A DNA stretch of 64,000 nt from Fistulifera solaris. Its lineage: Eukaryota. The translations under genes and the position numbers were made by a program. Numbering within the stretch: the first letter of the stretch is position 1; every line of letters starts with the position of its first letter. The notes under the pieces were generated by a model. That model had not been told where the DNA came from. It saw only the letters and a list, made by a program, of their open reading frames with translations, and ran no database searches. The DNA lies in contig AP026131.1 of the NCBI GenBank assembly GCA_030295235.1, positions 744,001 to 808,000 on the forward strand. Direction: 5' to 3'. Of the stretch, positions 11,749 through 21,900 are shown piece by piece.

Positions 11749-12972
11749 ATGCAATTCTTCTCTGCTGTAACTTTGCTTCCTCTCATTGCATTCGCGTGCA
11801 GCGGCTCGCAGGCCCACGTCCTCCGACGTCATTTGGAGGAGGAGAACGAGTTCGTTTGGCCCAGTGCCGAAGTCTTTGACCCCAAGGTCCGTTGCGGAAC
11901 GGAAGATCCGACCGATGCCGAAAAAACGGAAATGATGCAGGCGGTGACCGACTATTACAGTGCGCGTCGTCATTTGGCCCAAGACACGGAAACGATTGTG
12001 GTCGAAACTTACTTTCATATCATCAAAAGTAGCACCGGAAGAGGTGCAACGATGCAGATGGTCCAAGACCAAGTGGACGTACTCAATCAAGCCTACGCGC
12101 CGCACTTTTTCTTCAATCTCACGGGCGTGACTGAGACGGTGAACGACGACTGGTACAAACTCCGTCGCCTGTCGGTGCAGGACTTGACGATGCGGGCGAC
12201 GCTGCGTCAGGGTGGAGCGGATGCCATCAATGTCTTTGTTGCGAACAGTCGTGGTCTCGGTTGGGCTCAGCCTCTCATGTCCTACAAGCTATCGCCGGAG
12301 ACGGATGGGGTCATCATTCTCGACCAGTCCATGCCGGGAGGAACGGCAGCCCCTTACAATCTCGGAATGACTGCCGTGCATGAAATCGGTCATTCGTTCG
12401 GAATCTTGCATACGTTTGAGGTAACTTTGTTGTCGCTTCGTGTTGATGGGTATCTCTGCTTTCTTCTTCTCACTCGATGTCTTTTATTTTAGGACGGATG
12501 CAGTGCCGGTGGCATGACGGGTGATTCGATCCACGATACTCCTCGCCAAGCCGATTATACTCTTGGCTGTCCCATTGGTCGTGATTCTTGCCCGGGTAAA
12601 TTGAATCATGCTATTGCTTGTCTTCGTTGTCAGTTGTTTTCTCAGTTTTTTATGCTTGCAGGTGGCGGTGAGGATCCGATTCACAATTAGTAAGTACGAC
12701 GATGTTTCGTCGACGTTTGCATTTGCCCTCGACATCTCAAAAGGTATACTTTTCACAGCATGGATTATTCCGACGATGCCTGCATGAATGAATTCACGGA
12801 AGGACAGTTCAAACAGATGCGCGCCATGTGGTACACGTTTCGTGCGAATCCCGAAGGTGGCAATAATGACTCGAAGTTTCTTTCTTGCACCAAGAAGGCC
12901 TTGGATCGTGTAGCGTGCAATGAAAACAATGAGCAGTGTTGCGGAGGGGTCTGCCAGCCTTGTCCCATCTAA
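11749..12972 (+). CDS. Secreted zinc metalloprotease, peptidase M43 (pappalysin/ulilysin-like)
   Basis: Signal peptide, RCGT cysteine switch, HEIGHSFGILHTF zinc motif, and a Met-turn NYMDYSDD formed after splicing. GT-AG introns at 12421-12492, 12596-12661, 12690-12758. Confidence 0.9.
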
Positions 12973-13121
12973 AGCGTCTCTGGCGCTCATTCAACTGCTA
13001 AATAGATTTCATCCATGAAGATGATATAATCAAACCAATAAGGAACCATTGCAGTGTTAATCGAACGTAAAATTCCCTTAGCATAGTTTCGTCCTTCTTC
13101 CATTGAGCCTCTGCATAGCAA

Positions 13122-14666
13122 TTAGCTGTTTTCTTCGGCTATTTGCATCATGGCGTTGGTAATTTTGTTCAATTCGTCATTCGAGGCAATGTAAGGAGGC
13201 ATGGTGTAGAGCAGTTTCCCAAAAGGACGCAACCATACTCCCAATTCACGACAACGAAATGGTGTAATGTTATTGTCTAATGGCCGCTCGAGCTCGATCA
13301 CGCCTATGGCTCCGCGCACACGAACATCCGCGACTCCAGGAATCTGTGACGCCGGATTCAGATTCGAACGGAGTTCTTGTTCAATTCGACTGACATGAAC
13401 TTGCCATGTTGGTTTACCATCTAATGGTTCCATCATCAGATTCGTCGATGCTACCGCCACAGCACAAGCCAACGGGTTGCCCATAAATGTGGGTCCGTGC
13501 ATGAGAGGTAAAGAGACAACCGATGAACTTTCATTGTTGGGCGACGGCGGCGAAGACGAAACTCCTTCTGATATCTTTTTTGTCGTTGCAACGGCACCAA
13601 GCGTCATGTATCCACCTGTAATGGCTTTCCCCAGGCATATGATGTCTGGTTGCACTCCTGCTTCGAGTGAAGCAAAGAGACGGGGTGTTTCTGAAGCTTT
13701 GCTAAATCCTGAGCGGCCAAAGCCGGTAGCGATCTCATCACAAATCAACAATACATCGTACTCCGTACAAAGTTCACGGGCTTTTTGTAAGTACTTGGGA
13801 CTATAGAACCTCATACCGCCGGCACCCTGCACGATGGGCTCTAAAATGAGAGCTGCTAGAGTTTCATGCTCACTTTCCAGTAATTGTTGGAGATCATTGA
13901 TCGCCACCTGTAGTGCTTTCTCAGTGCCATCGTGACAAGTACAACCCTGACAACCCTGTTGCAGAGGTCCCAACCGAAAGGAATCATCACACGGAGGACG
14001 TGCAACAAACACAACATGCTGCGGCATGGCACCAGCAAAAGCCGTGTGCATGCCATTCACCGGATCACAAACGCTCATGGCCCCCAACGTGTCACCATGA
14101 TAGCCTCCTCGTACCGATACTATTTTGGTTTTGCAATTGTTGTGTCGCACACCTCGGTGATATTGCAGTGCAATTTTGAGCGCTACTTCCACCGCGACAC
14201 TCCCACTGTCGGTCCAAAAGATCTGATCAAGTTTTTCCCAGTGATCGAGTGAATCAGCATTCAATTGATGAATTAAGATCGAAGCCAGTTCTGCTGCGGG
14301 TCGATGGGTGAATCCACCAAACATGATATGCGACATGTCTTGCAATTGATTTTGAATGGCTCGATTGAGTTCCGGATGATGATACCCCCAGATCGCCGCC
14401 CACCACGACGACATGCCGTCGATCATTTCCAATCCATCTTCCAAGTATAAGGTACAACCACGGGCGTGTGAAATTGGCAGTACGGGAGTGGGTGCGACCA
14501 GCGAAGTATAAGGATGCCAAAGATGGTGACGATCGAATTGCAAATGCTCTTCCGTCGATCGATGACGGGCCTCGGCGATGGAAGGATGCAAAAATGTCGA
14601 CAAATAGTAACGTTGCCATGGATATCGTTTCGAGCCGCAAGACTTTATTCGCGCGACACAAACCAT
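13122..14666 (-). CDS. bioA: Adenosylmethionine-8-amino-7-oxononanoate (DAPA) aminotransferase, stand-alone, with N-terminal extension
   Basis: WHPYT, DGMSSWW, SGSVAVEVALK, YHGDT, EPIVQGAGGM, DEIATGFGR, LGKAITGG (PLP lysine), HGPTFMGNPLACA, WLRPFG...MPPY. Confidence 0.93.
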   Translation of the reverse strand: MVCVARIKSCGSKRYPWQRYYLSTFLHPSIAEARHRSTEEHLQFDRHHLWHPYTSLVAPTPVLPISHARGCTLYLEDGLEMIDGMSSWWAAIWGYHHPELNRAIQNQLQDMSHIMFGGFTHRPAAELASILIHQLNADSLDHWEKLDQIFWTDSGSVAVEVALKIALQYHRGVRHNNCKTKIVSVRGGYHGDTLGAMSVCDPVNGMHTAFAGAMPQHVVFVARPPCDDSFRLGPLQQGCQGCTCHDGTEKALQVAINDLQQLLESEHETLAALILEPIVQGAGGMRFYSPKYLQKARELCTEYDVLLICDEIATGFGRSGFSKASETPRLFASLEAGVQPDIICLGKAITGGYMTLGAVATTKKISEGVSSSPPSPNNESSSVVSLPLMHGPTFMGNPLACAVAVASTNLMMEPLDGKPTWQVHVSRIEQELRSNLNPASQIPGVADVRVRGAIGVIELERPLDNNITPFRCRELGVWLRPFGKLLYTMPPYIASNDELNKITNAMMQIAEENS

Positions 14667-14917
14667 CTTGGAAATAGCTTTAATAAATTGTCACGTGGGA
14701 TATTCTGAATAGTATTGAAGGACCTGATGTATATAATAGCTGAGGATGAGTTTCATAAAAAAAATGCGACACGACGGGACGCGATCGTAATACGGAGTAC
14801 CAGGTAATTCCTTATTTACTTTCCCAGAAAATCTGGGAGTGTGTTTTCGACGTGTATTGATTCACGACTCATGACTGAAATGCAGTCGTGGTCCCCTTGA
14901 ACCATCACTTTGGGCCA

Positions 14918-15265
14918 TAGTAAATAGGAAAGACACCGTTTCGCAAGGGTCTTTGACGTAAAATTTATTAACATGTGATGCTGACGCTGCTATTCACTAT
15001 TGGATTGCAGCAACGACAAATGTATCTCAAGAAACTTTGCTGAGCTAACGAATTTTAAACAGCACTCTCATTCAAAAAATGTACTCATTTTTGTTTGATA
15101 GTAAATACGGAAACAAGGTTTCGCAAGGCTCTTCGACGTAAAATATAATGACGTGTACTACGAACGCTGCTGAGGACTATTGTTTTGTAACAACGACCTT
15201 ATGGAGCTCAAGCAATTGTTGAACAAATGAAGTGTAGGCAGCTTTGTCGTTCGAAAGAATTTTAA
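14918..15265. repeat. Degenerate direct duplication with 180-bp period upstream of bioA
   Basis: gtttcgcaagg.tctt.gacgtaaaat at 14938 and 15118; acgctgct, actattg and caacgac also recur at +180, ctcaag at +181. Confidence 0.7.
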
Positions 15266-15561
15266 TTCATGACTGACATGCAGTCGTGGATAAGTGATTC
15301 TACACTTTCGATTATAGTAGATTTTGTTGTTCTTATCTGAGGCAGACGGAAATTCTAATAGTCGGTGTTTTCAAGTACCAGAAAATCTGGGGGTGTGATG
15401 TCGCATGTCCCAGAATAAAATTCGTGAATGTTTGTCACACAAAACACTACCAATATCCGGCTAGCCATCATCTTAAACATCTTTACAAGATAGGTTCCAG
15501 TGGTTATGATATACGTTGAGTAATAAAAGCAAAGAAAGAAAATGCATGCTAAAACAGGCAT

Positions 15562-16110
15562 TTAGCGATGCGCTGCACGATACACATCTCGAGAAAAACT
15601 AGCTCCGTCTCCACGAGTCGCCTGTCGATTGATATTTTCATGCTGTGACCTGCTAACCAAACTTTCGATGATTTCTCCGGTGCCACGAACCAGTCGATAC
15701 CGCCCAGTCTGCTCATCGTACACTTCTCGAATGGTGGATTGTTGCGCTTGGTATTCTTCTCTGGACATGGGTGCCATGCGACGTGCTTGTTCTTGTTTGC
15801 AGAGTTGTTCTTGTTGTATTTGTTTTGATTCTTTGTTTCGCTCGATGCTGCTACTTTCAGTACTGGGCAGAGGTAACTTGCAAGACACAGAAACATCGTT
15901 ATCGTTCTCGACCAAAGCGTCGGACCGCTTTTTGTGCTTTCTTGTGCTATCTTTCGATTTCTTCTTGCTCTTCTGTTTGTATCCTTTGTGACGGTGCTTC
16001 TTCTTTTTCTTTCGTTCATACGAACATTCGGACGAAAGATCGTCGGCTACTCTTCGCCCTCGTTTCTTGAAATTGTTCTTTTCGCTCCGACTACTATCGC
16101 TGTCTCCCAT
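15562..16110 (-). CDS. SR-25 / ARL6IP4-like nuclear protein
   Basis: K/S/R-rich N-terminus and conserved C-terminus PMSREEY...IREVYDEQTGRYRLVRGTGEIIE...QHENINRQATRGDG; first ATG at 16110. Confidence 0.85.
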   Translation of the reverse strand: MGDSDSSRSEKNNFKKRGRRVADDLSSECSYERKKKKKHRHKGYKQKSKKKSKDSTRKHKKRSDALVENDNDVSVSCKLPLPSTESSSIERNKESKQIQQEQLCKQEQARRMAPMSREEYQAQQSTIREVYDEQTGRYRLVRGTGEIIESLVSRSQHENINRQATRGDGASFSRDVYRAAHR

Positions 16111-16317
16111 TAAGAACCTGTTAATTGCAAAAGACGCCACAAGTAAGCTGTCGGTGCAAAACTAATTCCCATTCAATATTGAAAAAATAAAGAATGGGTA
16201 TCGGACGAGAGATAAGAGAAACATCCGACTGAAAATGCATCTGATTTTCACCGTGTTGTGGTGTTGTGTGTTGTCATCCTTTTGCTGCCTTGGGAAAAGT
16301 CACCAGAAAAGAGGCTG

Positions 16318-16385
16318 CTTTCCGGAAAGGACGTTAAAATTCTGCCTCTCAGTACAAGTTGAATTTTAACGTCGTTTCCCGAAAG
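16318..16385. repeat. 25-bp inverted repeat / hairpin between divergent genes
   Basis: ctttccggaaaggacgttaaaattc - 18 nt loop - gaattttaacgtcgtttcccgaaag (2 mismatches). Confidence 0.75.
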
Positions 16386-16665
16386 ATGATGCTCGCCAAC
16401 CGTCAAATTCAAGATCTTGAAACACGTACAAATTCTACGTGTACCAGTACTGTGGCCCAGATCAGATGATGATTCCCAACTTCGTTGTCACTAAGAATTA
16501 AACTGTACTACGTAAATTTTCACGTGTCTCAAGTACCACAATCCAAAAACTGCACAGCTGAAAGATATCTGCAAATTCGGTTCATAATTTCGCGGTTCGA
16601 TATCGGCCACACACTGACTAAGCAAACAAAGTTACTTCTTCTTCTCTTTCTCGCTCTCTACGACC

Positions 16666-18808
16666 ATGAAGGTACTTTCTTCATTGATTCCACCGATCCT
16701 TGCGGCTACGTGTTGCGCCATCGCAACCGACGCCGCCAAGGTTTCGGCGTTCCACCCGCTCCAGTTGTCATTGGGGCAATTGGTGAATCAGCAAGAGTTC
16801 GACCTCATTCGCGAAGACTTTCTTAACGCTCTTTCTCAAGATGGATTGTTCACGATTCGTGACATCCCTGATCTTCACAAGCAGTCGGTTCTCGAAGCAA
16901 TGCAGCCATGCATCAACAAGGCCAAGGCGACTCAAGAGCACACTCTCCGCGACGGGACGCGTCGTCGCACTTTGGCCACGCACACCTCGCCTGGTGGTCG
17001 TACTGCCGAAGGGATCCGAAAGCCCAGTGTCCCCTCTGATGATCAAGTGCATTGTCAAGGCTTTGTCGACGCCTCGGAGCGCTTCCGCGCTGCAGCTGGC
17101 GTTGCAACGAACGCCTTCGCTTCCCGCCTTGCGTCTGTACTTCGTACGGTTGAAGACGGACGACCTGCAGATGCAGAGGCTGGCGATCGCCGCCGCCGCC
17201 GCCCTCTCCTTGCTACGCGCGACGGACATGCCTTCGAAGATTTTTTTGGATGTTGTGAAGAATGGCGATCATCTCGAACACTTTCATTCGTATCATACTC
17301 CTGTTAGCCCTTCATCTTCTTCCAACTTCGGAAAGACTACAGATGACACAATTGAATGGCACGTCGATCAAGGTCTCTTCATCGTGTTCACCCCTGGTAC
17401 TCTTGTTCGTGAAGATCCATCTTCGGCAGCAGGCAGCACCATTCAGGGATTGACGGATGGCTTTTACGTTCGATTGAGCGATGGAAGCACGGTCGAAGTC
17501 GAGTTCTCTAATGAGGATGATTTGGTTATCCTGTTGGGTGATGGTTTCAATCAGTATATCAATCCTCACTATCAGGATACAGATGCCCCCTTACTTCGTG
17601 CTGCCCCTCATGCACTCTCGATGATCCCCCATCAAGCCGATGAGTCTCGCGTCTGGTACGGTCGCATGGTCCTTCCTCCGGTGATGGCTATTCATCCCGT
17701 ACACGATGAGACGTTCGGACGCTTGAGAGATATGGTGGTCGACAAAGACACGCCGGAAGATGAAGTTATTGCCGTTGCGTGTTCTTCTTCGGCCCAAGCC
17801 CGTGAGCTACAGACTACTACGTGCGAAGCGGGGACTCTGTTGTGCTGGCATGATTGCATGAGCCTCGAAGAGCATGGAGTCAGCGAGGACATTTGTACTC
17901 AACAGGGGTTGGACCTTTGGTGCATTAACCCTCGAGGTCAGTTGTGGGATAACACGCACGGGGATTTCTTTCCTGGTTGCATTGACGCTTCGAAAGCTGA
18001 AAATGCGACGGAGTTTCCCCGCCTTCCGAACTACCCGCGCGACAACGTAACGGCATGTACAGCAGAAACGTTCCAGCGGTTCCTTCAAGACAACCAGGAA
18101 TCGGCTTATGACCACTCCGTGGATCTCGATGGTGTAGCTGTATTTGAATGGACCGTTTTGGAGAACAACGTCATTCGTGGACGTTTGGCGTACGACGGAT
18201 TGTTCGGTTATCTGGCTCTTGGCATTCCTTCTGTTGGAGGTGGCAAGAATGGTATGCACGGCGCTGAGATCATCATGGCTATTCCGGGTGGAAACTATGA
18301 TGCTGCTGTGGGTTTTGACCTCACGATTCCGCCCAGCATCAATGAATACGTGATCGACCCCGAAAAATCGTCTTTTCGCTTTTGGGATACGCCCGTTTCC
18401 ATTGGTACCAACGTAAGTGAGTCGTCGGCTCGTAACACAATGGGGGATGGATACGCAATTGCCTACGACGATTGTTTCACTGCCATTACATTTGAATCAA
18501 CTGGTTTCCACGGCAAGCCATTCAACGTTAGTGGAAGCGATCATTTCATCTGGGCCGCAAATGACGAAGATTACTTTGCGGCGTATCATACGCAGCGTGG
18601 TCATATTTACGTGAATTGGCTCAGCGGTGAGGCAAGTGACCATCACGATCATGACCATGCCGATGATGGTGGTCATGAAGAGGAGGAACCAACCACAGTC
18701 GAGCCACCTGTATCTGCGCCGGTCGCATCTAGCTCTTTCGTTGCGACCACTACCGGTGCAAATGCATTTGCGTTTGGTTTGATTCTCTTGTTGTTGATTC
18801 ACTTGTAA
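16666..18808 (+). CDS. Secreted/surface protein: 2OG-Fe(II) oxygenase-like domain + DOMON-like domain + His-rich tract + GPI-like tail
   Basis: Signal peptide; WHVD...PHAL...RVWY; GYLALG..GMHGAEIIMA...FIWAAN..YH; DHHDHDHADDGGH; hydrophobic C-terminus. ORFs joined at a T-run indel ~17245. Confidence 0.65.
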
Positions 18809-19789
18809 AGGGAAAAAGTGGAATGTTGGCCACGGATGGTGTTTGCATTGGATAGGCTTTTATCGCATAGTCTAGTTAAGTCACTATACGATAGAAATAT
18901 GGCAAACAGCGACAAGGAAACTATTACGCCTCTGTATCCATGCAAATAGCACTGTTCGTGCATAAAAACAAGTGCGCACAATGTTACAGTTGGTCCGTAG
19001 GATTTGCTTATGATCGTTTCTACTTTGACAAATCTCTGGATTAACAGCCTCATGAAATCTACTCACGGTTTACTTGACTCAAGAACGCGTAGTAGTGCAA
19101 GTACGGTAGATTTTCGACCGGCTTCCTGCACCAAACATTCTGCTAATTTCACCTAGTGGTGTAGGGGTTTACGTGAAGGCGTACGTTATGGTGTCTGAGT
19201 AACGGAATGATATCTTTTACCTTTAATCTTTTGTTACTGTGTATTCTTGTTGAGTTGGATTCCGGTCAACCTTCCAATGGCGCGAAAGTGATGCCCTTTA
19301 AGAAATGCAACGCGACTTGAACGACCTCCTAATCGCCCCTCTTTCTGTAAAAATATGTCACGATAATCGGATGCTCCTAAGTTCGCTCTTCCCAAACCTT
19401 TCTCGTCTGTCAAATCGTCGACCCGGTATTCAGAGCACTCGAGAAATAACACATTAAACCCAGAACTTGCCATTATACGTTCCTGAGTTTGATACGACTT
19501 CTTCACTTGCGGAAACATCGGATGTAGTCGAGTTACGATAAAAGGTACGGAAAGACCTGGTTGTCATGACAAATTCGAAGCCAAACCCGAGATCAGACTG
19601 CGTGCCGAATTTAAGTTGACGCCGTAGGACTCTCTTGCTTCATAACATTCATCAGTCAGGCGTGGCCTTAGCTTTGGCAAGGAACGTTCTTCCAACAAAA
19701 TTGCTTTCAATGCCATGCCCTGAAAACCATCAAGACGCTTGAAGTTTTATGGAGTCAACGGATCGACATGGCGGAACGCAGAAAGTATT

Positions 19790-21244
19790 TTACAAAAAAT
19801 CATCATTCGTCAGCGGAACGTCAAAGTAGTCAAACAACTGCTCCAAAGCAGCTCTTTTCAGTTGATCGTTGTCTTGTGTAGCCTTAACCAGTTTAATTTG
19901 CTCTTCAGTGTGATAGGAATTCGGTTGCCACTCCCAAAGTGATTGCAGGAAGTAAACGTAGCGCTTTGCTTCAAAAACCAGTTCTTGGCTCAAAGCGAAC
20001 TCCAGAATTTTCAAATGCGTCGTGTATGGTGGTAAGACGGTATGCTGATGGAAAAAATCACCAACTGCTGAGACAGCTCCACTCACGTCGCCCACATTGA
20101 GCAGGCCATCCACCACCGCTCGAACCGTGAAAGCATCGGGCTGCAAACCTTTCGCCAACAACTCGTGGTACAATTCTTGAGCAGACATGACATCTCCCAA
20201 GCGCGCGTAACCTTGCAATAGCAAGTTGTACGAAAATGTCAAAGGCTTAAGTGCCACCGCATTTTGCAGTTCCGTGCGCGCTTTCGACAACGCACCCCGA
20301 TTGACGCAGGCATGCAGAAGAGCATTGTGTGTATGAACATTCCACTGAATAGGGTCATGTCCGCAGGCACCCTGTTGAAGAGATTCGGCAAACGAAAAAG
20401 CCGCAGCGAGAGGATACGAAAAGTCTGAGGATTTACCACGATAATGGGGAGGAGCATTTTTGTGCAGCTTGATTGTCTTGGCATCTTTTCGTATTTGATA
20501 GAAATAATGTTCGTCCGTCTTCGGTCCGATGAACGTGCGGAGCATGTGATTTGCGAGTTCTGTATCGAGGGGAATCTTTCGTTGATGCATGTGAACTAAA
20601 ATAGCATCCAGCCAGCGAGTAGGGTCTTCGAGTTCTTCATGAACCCGCAATGATTGAATTGCGTAAATTAGTTCACGACGTCGACACGGATATTTTTTCT
20701 GTAACCTCAGCTGCAATAACTTGAGAACACGTCCCACATTACCTGCTTTCGCATTTGCCGTCAATAATCGCAAGGTGACATGATCGGTGAGTGGTGTTTT
20801 ATTCAATTGTCCGAAAATCTTTTCCCAGTGGCGAATTTTCTGTGCCAATTCCGGAGTTTCAAAGCGAGACTTGACAACTGTTTTCAGCATATGAATCACA
20901 GTCTCGGCCGATAGCAGTACATCCGCGTGTTCGGGCAGATTGAGCAAATACTGATCGTATTGATGAATGACAGATCGGCAAAAGGATGGGTCCCAGAGTG
21001 TTGTATCGTTGCGTTTTCCTTCTTGACCGTGATTCCATTCCGACGACAGTTTCGCCTTATAAAGAAAGTCTTTGATGCTCTCTGGTTGTGGAGCAGCTAC
21101 CGAAAACTCCAACGGCGGAGGTGCCTCTAACTCCTTGGCTCGTAAAAGAGAAGGAATTGTCGAAAAGTTCGGACGCGTGATGCTGCGCTGTATTTGAGCC
21201 GCTGCTCTCAATTTCCAGGCCGTTCGACTGACACGGTGCATCAT
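19790..21244 (-). CDS. PPR-containing protein, probably mitochondrial
   Basis: R-rich presequence; PPR repeats NVHTHNALLHAC, TFSYNLLLQGYARLGD..AQELYHELLAKGLQPDAFT. Confidence 0.8.
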   Translation of the reverse strand: MMHRVSRTAWKLRAAAQIQRSITRPNFSTIPSLLRAKELEAPPPLEFSVAAPQPESIKDFLYKAKLSSEWNHGQEGKRNDTTLWDPSFCRSVIHQYDQYLLNLPEHADVLLSAETVIHMLKTVVKSRFETPELAQKIRHWEKIFGQLNKTPLTDHVTLRLLTANAKAGNVGRVLKLLQLRLQKKYPCRRRELIYAIQSLRVHEELEDPTRWLDAILVHMHQRKIPLDTELANHMLRTFIGPKTDEHYFYQIRKDAKTIKLHKNAPPHYRGKSSDFSYPLAAAFSFAESLQQGACGHDPIQWNVHTHNALLHACVNRGALSKARTELQNAVALKPLTFSYNLLLQGYARLGDVMSAQELYHELLAKGLQPDAFTVRAVVDGLLNVGDVSGAVSAVGDFFHQHTVLPPYTTHLKILEFALSQELVFEAKRYVYFLQSLWEWQPNSYHTEEQIKLVKATQDNDQLKRAALEQLFDYFDVPLTNDDFL

Positions 21245-21900
21245 GGTGTAGAATGGGCTTAATTTTCGTATCTATGAGCCTGTAATGCCAAGAAAAAACT
21301 CACAATGCTCTTTTGTTCGCACTTTTTTCCGACTACAACAACAAAAGCCGAACGTTTGTCCGTTTTTTCGTGGCTGTGCGTCGCGTCGCGCACGCAAAGC
21401 AAACTTTGTTAGTTTACGGAAAAAGGCGTGTCCTACCACGATCGAGTGACCTTGTAAAGTAACATTAAACTATATAGTAAACGTGTCCTATACAATTTAT
21501 AGTAGGATAAAGCTCAAGAGTCTTGTCTACAAGTTGTTCGTGAGCCTGCCGTCACTCTATAACAGGTTCTGAGCTGGTCAAGTGCGTTGTGAATGTTTTG
21601 TGGATAGTAGCCGCCGAGGTACTTTGTGCGCTACAGTCAGGCTACATTTCTCCCTCCTCGTGCGGCTTAATATTTCAACGTGTCGATCCCTCACAGCCAT
21701 CAACGTAACAATAAACTTACTTGATGTCAGCTTTCTTTCTGTTGAAGAAGCCGTGTCCGTCGTCAAACGAAATCTTACCTGTTGATCGGATAACGGATAA
21801 GCGAAGAGCAAACTGTGCTGGAAAGGCTTGCGGTTGTTAAATATCCTCGCCTTAAATTGAACTACTTGCCAATTTTGATCGTCGTCGGAAACGCTAAACG

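Noticed and set aside
19234..19740. Short minus-strand ORFs between the DOMON-containing and PPR genes
   Set aside because: No recognisable motif, splice structure or targeting signal; cannot be supported as a gene.
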